32,000 nt of DNA from assembly GCA_963752375.1 (NCBI GenBank), contig CAVVYF010000026.1, positions 82,320-114,319 of the forward strand, given 5' to 3'. This document shows, piece by piece, positions 24,168 to 31,568 of the stretch. The notes under the pieces were generated by a model that was given only the letters and a program-made list of their open reading frames with translations, did not search any database and was not told the origin of the DNA. A program made the position numbers and the translations under genes. This DNA is from Terriglobia bacterium (GTDB lineage Bacteria; Acidobacteriota; Terriglobia; Terriglobales; Acidobacteriaceae). Numbering within the stretch: position 1 is the stretch's first letter; the number at the start of each line of letters is the position of its first letter.

Positions 24168-25791
24168 GCTCGGCGTATTCCCGGGCTTCAAGATACGAAA
24201 GCCGTGTCTTTCCCGAAGATTTTCCTGCAGAATTTTCGGAGCGAGCGGCGGGACGCGCGGAAGTTCTCGCTGCTTCCCTTCCCTCCGCCTGCCAGACCTC
24301 CCATTGCGAGTAGTCGGCAAAACTTTGCGCGCCGCCGCGTCCATTCAGGCCAAGAACGATGGTGGAAACGCGATCGAGCATGTAGCGATCGTGCGTAACC
24401 AGCACCAGCGATCCCTTGAACTCGAGCAGACTTTCTTCCAGGATTTCGAGCGTCGGAATGTCGAGATCGTTGGTCGGTTCATCCAGCAGAAGCACATCCG
24501 CCGGCTGAAGCATGAGTTGGGCGATCAACACCCGCGCCCGCTCGCCGCCGGAAAGCCGCTCCACCGGCTGGTTGAGCTGCTCTCCGGTGAACAGAAACTT
24601 CGCCGCCCACGACGCCACGTGAATGACCCGGTCCTGATAGATCACCGAATCGCCTTCCGGCGCCAGCGCGCGGCGCAGGGTCACGTTCGAATCAAGTTCG
24701 CGGGTCTGGTCGAAGTACACGATGCGCAGCCATTCGGCCCGGCGAATCTCTCCGCCGCCGGCGGTCAACTCTCCCCGCAACAGCCGCAACAGGGTGGTTT
24801 TGCCGCTGCCATTCGGCCCCACCAGGCCCACCCGCATACCGGCCGTGATCACAAAATTGAGCTTCTCGAACAAGGTGCGGCCTTCGATCTGGTAAGCCAC
24901 ATCCTCCAGTTCGATCAGCCGCTTGGTCTTGCGGTCGGTTGCCGAAAAATCGATCTGCGCCGTCGCCGTGCGGGTCCGCACGTTCAGGTCTGCGAGGTCC
25001 TCCATCAGCTGACCGGCTTTGCCGATGCGCGCCTTGGATTTCCTGGTGCGGGCCTTGGCCCCGCGCCGCAGCCACTCAATCTCGTTGTGCACAAGATTTT
25101 CCAGCGCTTCGTGGCGCTTCGATTGGGCGTGCAGAAACTCTTCTTTCTTCTCCAGGAAGGTTGTGTAATTTCCCCGCACCCGCAGGATGCCGTCGGGATA
25201 CACCCGGCTCAGTTCCGCCATGTCGGTGGCGATATTCTGCAGAAAGTAGCGGTCGTGGCTCACGATCACGCTGGCAAACGCGGCTTGCGCCAGTAGATCC
25301 TCAAGCCACTCGATGCCCTCCAGGTCGAGATGGTTGGTAGGCTCGTCCAACAGCAGAATGTCCGGCACCTGCACCAGGGCCTCCACGATCGCGAGGCGTT
25401 TCTGCCATCCCCCGGAAAGAGCTGCGGCTTCGGCGTCAAGGTCTTCAAACCCGGCGCGGCCCAGGGTTTCCGCAAAACGCGTCCCGCGTTCCGTGGCGTG
25501 GACTGCGCTCCGCTCCATGGCTTTCTCGGCCACGGAACGTACGGTCGCGCCAGAGTCGAATTTGGAATCCTGCTCCACGTAGCTGACCCGGAGCCGCTTT
25601 CGGAAGGCCACTTCTCCGCTGTCCGGTTCTTCGCTGCCGGCCAGAATTCGCAGCAGGGTGGATTTGCCGGAGCCGTTCGGACCAATGAGCCCGATCCGGT
25701 CCCCATCCGTAACGGTGAAGGACACATTCTGAAAGAGCGGGTTCGCTCCAAAGGCCTTCGAAATTTCCTGGACATTAATGATCGGCGGCAA
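24163..25791 (-). CDS. uup: ABC-F family ATPase, Uup-like (main frame, prematurely terminated by a 1-nt frame disruption)
   Basis: Walker A motifs are GPNGSGKST and GPNGSGKTT. Signature motifs are LSGGWQKRLAI and LSGGERARVLI. Walker B motifs are LLLDEPTNHLD and LLLDEPTNDLD. The TTG 25791 start has GGGGAG upstream. The frame ends at ...RLSYLEAREYAEH-stop, exactly where the C-terminal domain should begin. Confidence 0.8.
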   Translation of the reverse strand: MPPIINVQEISKAFGANPLFQNVSFTVTDGDRIGLIGPNGSGKSTLLRILAGSEEPDSGEVAFRKRLRVSYVEQDSKFDSGATVRSVAEKAMERSAVHATERGTRFAETLGRAGFEDLDAEAAALSGGWQKRLAIVEALVQVPDILLLDEPTNHLDLEGIEWLEDLLAQAAFASVIVSHDRYFLQNIATDMAELSRVYPDGILRVRGNYTTFLEKKEEFLHAQSKRHEALENLVHNEIEWLRRGAKARTRKSKARIGKAGQLMEDLADLNVRTRTATAQIDFSATDRKTKRLIELEDVAYQIEGRTLFEKLNFVITAGMRVGLVGPNGSGKTTLLRLLRGELTAGGGEIRRAEWLRIVYFDQTRELDSNVTLRRALAPEGDSVIYQDRVIHVASWAAKFLFTGEQLNQPVERLSGGERARVLIAQLMLQPADVLLLDEPTNDLDIPTLEILEESLLEFKGSLVLVTHDRYMLDRVSTIVLGLNGRGGAQSFADYSQWEVWQAEGREAARTSARPAARSENSAGKSSGKTRLSYLEAREYAEH

Positions 25792-25841
25792 CGGCGGGCG
25801 CTCTCCCCAGTCTCTCTCTTGAGATTATCAGGAAGAATCAT

Positions 25842-25878
25842 GTGGGGACAGCCGCCCTCGGCTGTCCCACGTGGTCTG
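25842..25878 (-). terminator. GC hairpin repeat, copy 2; likely terminator of lctP
   Basis: GGGACAGCC (25845-25853) pairs with GGCTGTCCC (25860-25868), with loop GCCCTC and flank ACGTGGTCT. It starts immediately after the lctP stop (25879). On the minus strand the hairpin is followed by AUGAUUCUUCCU. It is the same motif as 76-108. Confidence 0.55.
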
Positions 25879-27645
25879 TTACTTCACGAACGTCAATCCG
25901 TGGGCCACCGCGTGCGGGAAGACGTAGGCATACAGCATCACGATAATTCCAACGATCGCGCCCAACGCCAGTGAATGCCAGACCACAAAGCGAAAGATTA
26001 CGCCTTCATTCCCCACCTGGTTGGTAGCTGCGGTGGCGATAGTGATGGATTGCGCATCCACCATCTTTCCCATCACTCCGCCCGCGCTGTTGGCGGCGCA
26101 CATCAGCACGGGATCGATGCCAAGTTGCTGCGAGGTAATTCGCTGCAGACTCCCAAACAGCGCATTCGATGAAGTGTCGCTCCCGGTCAACGCGACCCCG
26201 AGCCACCCCAGAAACGTGCCGAAGAAGGGATAAGCCCAGCCGGTGCGGGTAAACGCCAGGCCCAGCACGGCATCCAGTCCTGAATAGCGGGTCACAAAAC
26301 CCAGCCCCAGCATGAACGAGATGGCGATCACCGCCAGTCGCATGCGCGCCAGCGTGTGCCAGAAAGTCCTGCCCAGTTGGACCGGCGACATACCGAGCAG
26401 CAATCCAGAAACAATGGCGGCTATAAAACACCCCGTCCCGGTCGCCGACAGCCAGTTGAAGTCATAGCGCGCCGCTTCCGGCGCCGGCTTGTCCACCACC
26501 GGGGCAGCGCGATAGACCGCATTGTGCAGATAGGGCAAGTCCCAGCCCGGAGGGCCAGGCCGCACCCTGCCATCGGCCTGCACCACTCTGAACGCCGGAG
26601 TGGCCTGGTTCAGCACCAGCTTGACTTTCGGCAGGCCCCACACCAATACCACCACCGACAGGATCCCGAACGGCATCCAGGCTTTCAGAACTTTGCTCAA
26701 CGGATAGGAGCGGACTCCCAGGTTTTTGTCGAAATCCTCCGCCCTCCACTCACCGCCGAAGGAGTCCGCGATTCCTTCCGCCGACGATGCGACCGCTCTC
26801 GTCTTGTCGTCATAGTCGAATCGCCAGATTTTCTTCGGTTTCCAGAACTTGAGGAAGACAACCGTGGAAACGATTGAAATCACTCCGCCCATGATGTCCA
26901 CCAGGCTGCTGTCCACATAGTTCGACCAGAAAAACTGGGTCAGCGCGAACGAAACACCTACCACCAGGATGGCGGGAAGCACTTCAAAAGTCTCCTGCCA
27001 GCTGACCATGGTCCGGACCAGCCAGAACGGCACCATGACAGCGGTGATGGGCAGGATGCGTCCAATGGTCGCGCTCAGGTCCGATTCCGGCAGACCACAA
27101 ACTGCCGCCAGCGTGTGGATGGGAATTCCCACGCTGCCCCACGCCACCGGCGCGGTGTTGGCGATCAGGTTCAGGGCCGCTGCGTGAAATGGCCGGAAGC
27201 CCAGCCCAATCATCAGGGCGCCCGCGATGGCGACGGGCGCGCCGAATCCGGCAGCTCCTTCGATGAATGCGCCAAAGCAGAATGCCACCAGCAGTACTTG
27301 CAGGCGCCGGTCGGCGGTGATGCCGGCCACCGACTCCTTCATGATTTCGAACTGCCCGGTGGCCACGGAAATGTCGTAGAGAAAGACTGCCGCCAGCACA
27401 ATCCAGGCAATCTTCAGCAAACCAAATGCGACCCCAAAACCAAAACTCGTCGCCGCCAAAATCACCGGCATCTTAAAAAACACAACCGCTACCAATGCAG
27501 CAGTCGTAGCGCCCGCGATGGCGCACCAGTGTGGCTTGAGTTTCAGTCCAACCAGTAACCCAAACAACACAAAGATGGGCAGAGTCGCCACCAGCGTGGA
27601 AAGCCACCATCGCCCAAACGGGTCGTAGATCTGGGTCCAGTGCAC
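25879..27645 (-). CDS. lctP: L-lactate permease (LctP family)
   Basis: It is 588 aa and highly hydrophobic. The typical LctP N-terminus is WTQIYDPFG..WWLSTLVATLPIFVLF. The GTG 27645 start has AGAGGG upstream. It is adjacent to lldD. Confidence 0.85.
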   Translation of the reverse strand: MHWTQIYDPFGRWWLSTLVATLPIFVLFGLLVGLKLKPHWCAIAGATTAALVAVVFFKMPVILAATSFGFGVAFGLLKIAWIVLAAVFLYDISVATGQFEIMKESVAGITADRRLQVLLVAFCFGAFIEGAAGFGAPVAIAGALMIGLGFRPFHAAALNLIANTAPVAWGSVGIPIHTLAAVCGLPESDLSATIGRILPITAVMVPFWLVRTMVSWQETFEVLPAILVVGVSFALTQFFWSNYVDSSLVDIMGGVISIVSTVVFLKFWKPKKIWRFDYDDKTRAVASSAEGIADSFGGEWRAEDFDKNLGVRSYPLSKVLKAWMPFGILSVVVLVWGLPKVKLVLNQATPAFRVVQADGRVRPGPPGWDLPYLHNAVYRAAPVVDKPAPEAARYDFNWLSATGTGCFIAAIVSGLLLGMSPVQLGRTFWHTLARMRLAVIAISFMLGLGFVTRYSGLDAVLGLAFTRTGWAYPFFGTFLGWLGVALTGSDTSSNALFGSLQRITSQQLGIDPVLMCAANSAGGVMGKMVDAQSITIATAATNQVGNEGVIFRFVVWHSLALGAIVGIIVMLYAYVFPHAVAHGLTFVK

Positions 27646-27672
27646 GATCCGCCCTCTTTCAGAGAAGAACTA

Positions 27673-27766
27673 GTGATTTCCTTCGTGTACCTTCGTGTCC
27701 TTGGTGGTTAAAGCTCTTTAAAAAGCATGAACCACGAAGGACACGAAGGTACACGAAGGCAATCAC
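27673..27766. repeat. Large palindrome (37-nt arms, 20-nt loop) made of 10-nt CCTTCGTGT subrepeats
   Basis: The left arm is GTGATTTCCTTCGTGTACCTTCGTGTCCTTGGTGGTT (27673-27709). The right arm is AACCACGAAGGACACGAAGGTACACGAAGGCAATCAC (27730-27766). 35 of 37 positions are complementary. The right arm overlaps the lldD stop codon, and the left arm ends 28 nt before the lctP start. Confidence 0.9.
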
Positions 27767-28947
27767 CGCCAGGTCGCTGGCACATCCACGTATGACCGGT
27801 CGAGTGCCGCAATGGACGTGCAGCCCAGCAGTTTGAGGGTGCGGTCCACATCCGCCCGCAGGATTTCGAGCGCGCGGGCCACGCCAGCTTCGCCGGCGGC
27901 AGCCAGGCCATACGCATAAGCGCGCCCGCAGAGAACGGCTTTCGCACCCAGACAGATGGCCTTGACGATATCGGAGCCGCGTCGAATCCCGCCGTCCATC
28001 AAAACTTCGATCTGCCCGCCAACGGCCGCCACCACTTCGGGCAGCGCCCGCAACGAAGGAGATACGCCGTCGAGCTGGCGTCCGCCATGATTCGAGACGA
28101 CCACCGCGGCCGCGCCCGCATCCACGGCACGACGAGCGTCGTCTCCGGTGAGCAGGCCCTTGATCACGATCGGGCCGGGCCAGTGCTTGCGAATCCAGCC
28201 CAGGTCGTCCCAGGTCACAGCCGCGCGGGCCAGCGCCGCCGCAACGTCAATCAGCTCCATCGGTCCCTTGCCCGGGATGACTACGTTCGGCAGCCTGGAC
28301 AAACCGCCGTCGAGCAGGTAGCTGACCAGCCATCCGGGACGCGCCAGCATTTGGGGAAGAAATGGAATCTTCGACAGCAGGCTGCCGCCCATCAGTTCTT
28401 TCATGCCATTGCGGAAGTCGCGCTCGCGCATTCCCGCTACCGGCGTGTCGATGGTGACCACCAGGGCGGCGCAGCCCGCGACTCGCGCCCGTTCGATCAC
28501 CGCTTCAGAGGCCTCCCGGCCTCCCATCAGGTACAGCTGAAAACAAACCGGCCCGCTGGAAGCGGCTTTGACGTCCTCCACCCGGTGGCCGGAGATGGTG
28601 GAAAGAATGTATGCCGTGCCCGCTTTGCCGGCGGCGCGCGCCGCGCCCGCCTCGCCGTCTGGATGCATAAGCCGGCTGTAGCCCACGGGGGCCAGTATCG
28701 CCGGAAATGAAATGTCGAAACCCAGCACGCGCGTCCGTAAATCACAATTCGACAAGGGCACGGCATAACGCGGCCGGAACATCACGTCATCAAAGACACG
28801 GCAATTCTCGCGCAGCGTAACTTCGCCGTCGGCCCCGCCATCGAGATAATCAAAAACCGGACGGGGCAGTCGAAGGCGGGCCAGGGGCCGGAAATCCCCG
28901 ATGCTGACCACATGGGGCGAGGCCACTGCCCGCGACCCTCTGCTCAT
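27763..28947 (-). CDS. lldD: FMN-dependent alpha-hydroxy-acid dehydrogenase (L-lactate dehydrogenase LldD-like)
   Basis: Family motifs are FDYLDGGADGEVTLRENCRVFDDVMFRPR, SNHGGRQLDG and GGIRRGSDIVKA. ATG 28947 is preceded by GGAGG (28958-28954) with a 6-nt spacer. The 845-aa ORF extension upstream is non-coding read-through. Confidence 0.85.
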   Translation of the reverse strand: MSRGSRAVASPHVVSIGDFRPLARLRLPRPVFDYLDGGADGEVTLRENCRVFDDVMFRPRYAVPLSNCDLRTRVLGFDISFPAILAPVGYSRLMHPDGEAGAARAAGKAGTAYILSTISGHRVEDVKAASSGPVCFQLYLMGGREASEAVIERARVAGCAALVVTIDTPVAGMRERDFRNGMKELMGGSLLSKIPFLPQMLARPGWLVSYLLDGGLSRLPNVVIPGKGPMELIDVAAALARAAVTWDDLGWIRKHWPGPIVIKGLLTGDDARRAVDAGAAAVVVSNHGGRQLDGVSPSLRALPEVVAAVGGQIEVLMDGGIRRGSDIVKAICLGAKAVLCGRAYAYGLAAAGEAGVARALEILRADVDRTLKLLGCTSIAALDRSYVDVPATWR

Positions 28948-29070
28948 CGCCTGCCTCCAGCGGGAGAACCATTTCGCTCCATGCATGCCCCCAAAATTCT
29001 GCGACCCGGATTTACCGAAGCACGCGATTATACCGGAGAGCCCTTGCAACGGCGCGGATGCACTCGCAGT

Positions 29071-29106
29071 CCTTCCTTCGTGCACCTTAGTGACCTTTGT
29101 GGTTAA
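29071..29106. repeat. Solo half copy of the CCTTCGTG palindrome arm
   Basis: TCCTTCGTGCACCTTAGTGACCTTTGTGGTTAA matches the left arm at 27678-27710 in 29 of 33 positions, in the same orientation. It lies in the divergent region between lldD and the beta-helix gene. Confidence 0.7.
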
Positions 29107-29148
29107 CGGTTTCGAGAGCTGTGATATGACTGAAAGTTCATTCCGCGG

Positions 29149-29943
29149 ATGATGGTGATCGAAATGACCAGATCTTTCAGACCTCTCGCCCTCCTTGGCA
29201 TCGCGATGGTTGGACTTCAATTCATGGCTGCCGCTCAAAGCCAGACTGCACGGCCGGTCAAGTACGCAACTGAATACGACTGGTCGATGAGTCCGGCCGA
29301 GGAACAGGGTCAGGCGGGCGCGCTGACGGTGAGTCTCCCTTCCTGTCCGCCGGGGGTAAGAGGAAACGAACCTGAATATTGGGTGCTCATCAACGGGTCG
29401 GAAGCCGCCCGGGTCACAGGCGGAACCTGCGCCGGAGACGGTCGTCCCGGGACCCTGCAGTTGCTGGGCAAGCACGCCCATCTCGCGGGAGAAACTCTTT
29501 CGAGCGCATCCGGCGGGCTGCAGGAAGCACTCATTGCCGCGCGTTATACGCCCACCAATCCTGCCGGCACCCCTCAGTCCGGCATGGTGGTGGTACCGCC
29601 AAAAGAATTGAAGGCATTCGCGCGCGTTTCGATCCGCTCTTCCAACCTCACCGTGGATTTCTCCGGCTCCATCCTTGAATGCTGGATGGACGACGCCTGC
29701 ATCTTTGTCGGCGACCCTGCAAACTCCAACGCCTATCAGGACATCACCCTGATCAATCCCCGCGGACGTCCCACTATCGCGCACGGTCAAAAGCCCTTCA
29801 TTGAGGTGAACGCGCAGAAGACCCGGCTGTTCAACGTGTCCACCCGGGTCCCGCTGAAGGGTGGAAGCTTCGGCAGCTATGTGCAGGTGGACGACGACGA
29901 ATCTTCCTGCTGGACGGACTCGATACCGGCCTGGGCAACGTAG
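29149..29943 (+). CDS. Secreted right-handed beta-helix (pectate-lyase-fold) protein, N-terminal part (frame-disrupted gene)
   Basis: The signal peptide is MTRSFRPLALLGIAMVGLQFMAAAQS; candidate starts are ATG 29149, 29152 and 29164. Its LQEALIAA...VVVPP...IRSSNLTVDFSGSILEC pattern resembles the start of pectate_lyase_3-type beta helices. The coding signal leaves this frame near 29899. Confidence 0.6.
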   Translation: MMVIEMTRSFRPLALLGIAMVGLQFMAAAQSQTARPVKYATEYDWSMSPAEEQGQAGALTVSLPSCPPGVRGNEPEYWVLINGSEAARVTGGTCAGDGRPGTLQLLGKHAHLAGETLSSASGGLQEALIAARYTPTNPAGTPQSGMVVVPPKELKAFARVSIRSSNLTVDFSGSILECWMDDACIFVGDPANSNAYQDITLINPRGRPTIAHGQKPFIEVNAQKTRLFNVSTRVPLKGGSFGSYVQVDDDESSCWTDSIPAWAT

Positions 29944-29945
29944 GC

Positions 29946-31343
29946 GTGCGCTGCGATGCCGCGGTCTGCGATCCTGTGATTTACGCGCCGGGATCCTTCC
30001 GCACCTTCCCCGGTGTGGGCTGGCTGAAGAACCTGAATATTTCCCTGCAGTGCGGGGGCAATGGAATTGACTGGCAGGCCGGTAATACCTTGCGAATCTC
30101 CGACAGCGTGATTCAGGGCTACCCGCAATACGGCGTTCGAGCCGGCGTGCAGCGCGGCGGCTATGGCGGCTTTGACCTGACCAACGTGTACGAAGAAGTC
30201 GGCAACTGTTCCAATCCGTCGGGCAGGATTGGGCAAGCCGGCGTGATCGCGCAAGGCAGCCGCGTGAAGATTCAAGGCGGAGAAGCACCCACTGGATCAT
30301 TTCCGCAATTTGCCCGGACCGGAAAGACGGACTACCGTTACTACGTTGTTGCCCGGCACGGCAGACACGGAGCCTCGAATCCTCTTTATGCCGGCAGCGC
30401 GCTGACCAATGGAGTCGGCAACATCGCCGTGACCACGCCGGACATCAGGGGCGCCGCCACTTTCGATCTGCTGCGAGTTTCTCCGGTCGCGGGGACGCGT
30501 GAGCAGGCGCCTTACGGGACCGGGAACTTTGCCGTCGCGACCAACGTTCCCCACAGCACAGCCTGCTCACATGGCGTTTGCACCTTCACCGACACCCAGG
30601 CTGCCCTGCAGCCCTACAAGGTGGAGCTCCCAACCTACTTTCCTCTGCTCGATTTCTGGCCGGGAAATCTGGTGTTAAGCGCGAGCCAGGATTCCAATAG
30701 CGTTCTGGCAGGGGCGCGAGCCTGGATGGATAGTGCTCCTTCCAGTGTGGTGGCGGTGCAGGGAACCACCGCGCCCGCGCTGATTTCCACGAATTGCGAT
30801 TCGCTTTCCGGCTGGACACCATTGTGGCTGAGTTGCTATTCAGCCATGGCTCCATCGGTGTTTTACGAGCAGGGAGCCTTCCTGCTGGCGGTCAAACCCA
30901 ATGCCGACGGCGGCCTGCGCACCAACCTGAAAGGCCGCATGAATTTCTCCACTCTCGGAACGGGACCGGGACACATCCTCACGCTCTCCGATTCCAATTT
31001 CCAGAAAACCATTGCGACCGCGAACAATCGGCCAACCAATGATGCCAACGATGCCTTCATCGGCTACGACCAGGGCGATGGGAACCCCGTGCACGTCGGA
31101 ATCAGCTTCGGCGCCCCCAAGTCGCTTTCCAACTACATCGGCAATGCCGGGGATGGAAAGAAATGGCTGGAGCGTCTTACCTCCGACCTCAAGATGTTTA
31201 CCGTCCCGGTTTCCATTCCATCGGTCGCGCCCCGCCACGCCTCCGACCCCTGCGTCGCGGGCACGGAAACCTGGGATTCGAACTTTATCTATGTATGCGT
31301 AGCGAAAAACACCTGGAAGCGCGCAGCGCTGTCGTCGTGGTAG
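29946..31343 (+). CDS. Same beta-helix protein, C-terminal part in the -1 frame
   Basis: This frame is open from 29805 and looks like protein from about 29901 (IFLLDGLDTGLGNVGVRCD...). PbH1-like repeats are present (NLNISLQCGGNGIDWQAGNTLRISDSVIQGYPQYGVRAG). GTG 29946 is merely the first start codon in the frame. It has no recognisable RBS or N-terminus of its own. Confidence 0.6.
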   Translation: MRCDAAVCDPVIYAPGSFRTFPGVGWLKNLNISLQCGGNGIDWQAGNTLRISDSVIQGYPQYGVRAGVQRGGYGGFDLTNVYEEVGNCSNPSGRIGQAGVIAQGSRVKIQGGEAPTGSFPQFARTGKTDYRYYVVARHGRHGASNPLYAGSALTNGVGNIAVTTPDIRGAATFDLLRVSPVAGTREQAPYGTGNFAVATNVPHSTACSHGVCTFTDTQAALQPYKVELPTYFPLLDFWPGNLVLSASQDSNSVLAGARAWMDSAPSSVVAVQGTTAPALISTNCDSLSGWTPLWLSCYSAMAPSVFYEQGAFLLAVKPNADGGLRTNLKGRMNFSTLGTGPGHILTLSDSNFQKTIATANNRPTNDANDAFIGYDQGDGNPVHVGISFGAPKSLSNYIGNAGDGKKWLERLTSDLKMFTVPVSIPSVAPRHASDPCVAGTETWDSNFIYVCVAKNTWKRAALSSW

Positions 31344-31349
31344 TTCGTT

Positions 31350-31568
31350 GTCATCCTGAGCAAACTCCGGCTGTCATCCTGAGCGCAGAACGCCGATTCG
31401 CTTGCGAATCGGCGTTCGGAGTCGAAGGACCCCTATCGCAACACCACAGCCTGAGTCATAGTTGATTTTGTTCCGCAGTGTCGGCTTGCCACCGGCGAGG
31501 ATGGAATAGCGGTCCTTCGACCGCGTTGTGGCTTCGCGAAGCGAAGCCACAACTTCGCTCAGGATGAC
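31350..31568. repeat. Composite palindromic intergenic element, copy D (with duplicated left terminal box)
   Basis: An extra box GTCATCCTGAGC sits at 31350-31361. The full left arm from 31373 is GTCATCCTGAGCG, then a 13-bp hairpin GAACGCCGATTCG-CTTG-CGAATCGGCGTTC (31388-31417), then GGAGTCGAAGGACCCCTAT. Right arm: ATAGCGGTCCTTCGACCGC, then a 13-bp hairpin GTTGTGGCTTCGC-GAA-GCGAAGCCACAAC (31525-31553), then TTCGCTCAGGATGAC (ends 31568). Confidence 0.9.

Noticed and set aside
24160-24175. Programmed ribosomal frameshifting as the explanation for the two split genes (about 24168 and about 29899).
   Set aside because: Neither site has an X-XXY-YYZ slippery heptamer, a rare or stop-codon +1 context with an upstream SD, or a downstream pseudoknot-like structure. 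Mutation or sequence error is the simpler reading.
28948-30300. Upstream 450 codons of the 845-aa minus-strand ORF 27763-30300.
   Set aside because: Only the last 394 codons look like a protein (the FMN-dependent dehydrogenase), and ATG 28947 has a GGAGG SD. The upstream part is Arg/Gly/Ser-rich nonsense. It crosses an intergenic repeat and lies antisense to a plus-strand gene with much stronger codon bias. It is a high-GC read-through artefact.
3116-31568. Whether the repeated GTCATCCTGAGCG elements could be a CRISPR array or tRNA-like genes.
   Set aside because: The copies are kilobases apart, in inverted pairs, with no regular repeat-spacer periodicity and no cas genes. No cloverleaf or T-loop (GGTTCGAATCC-like) signature is seen.
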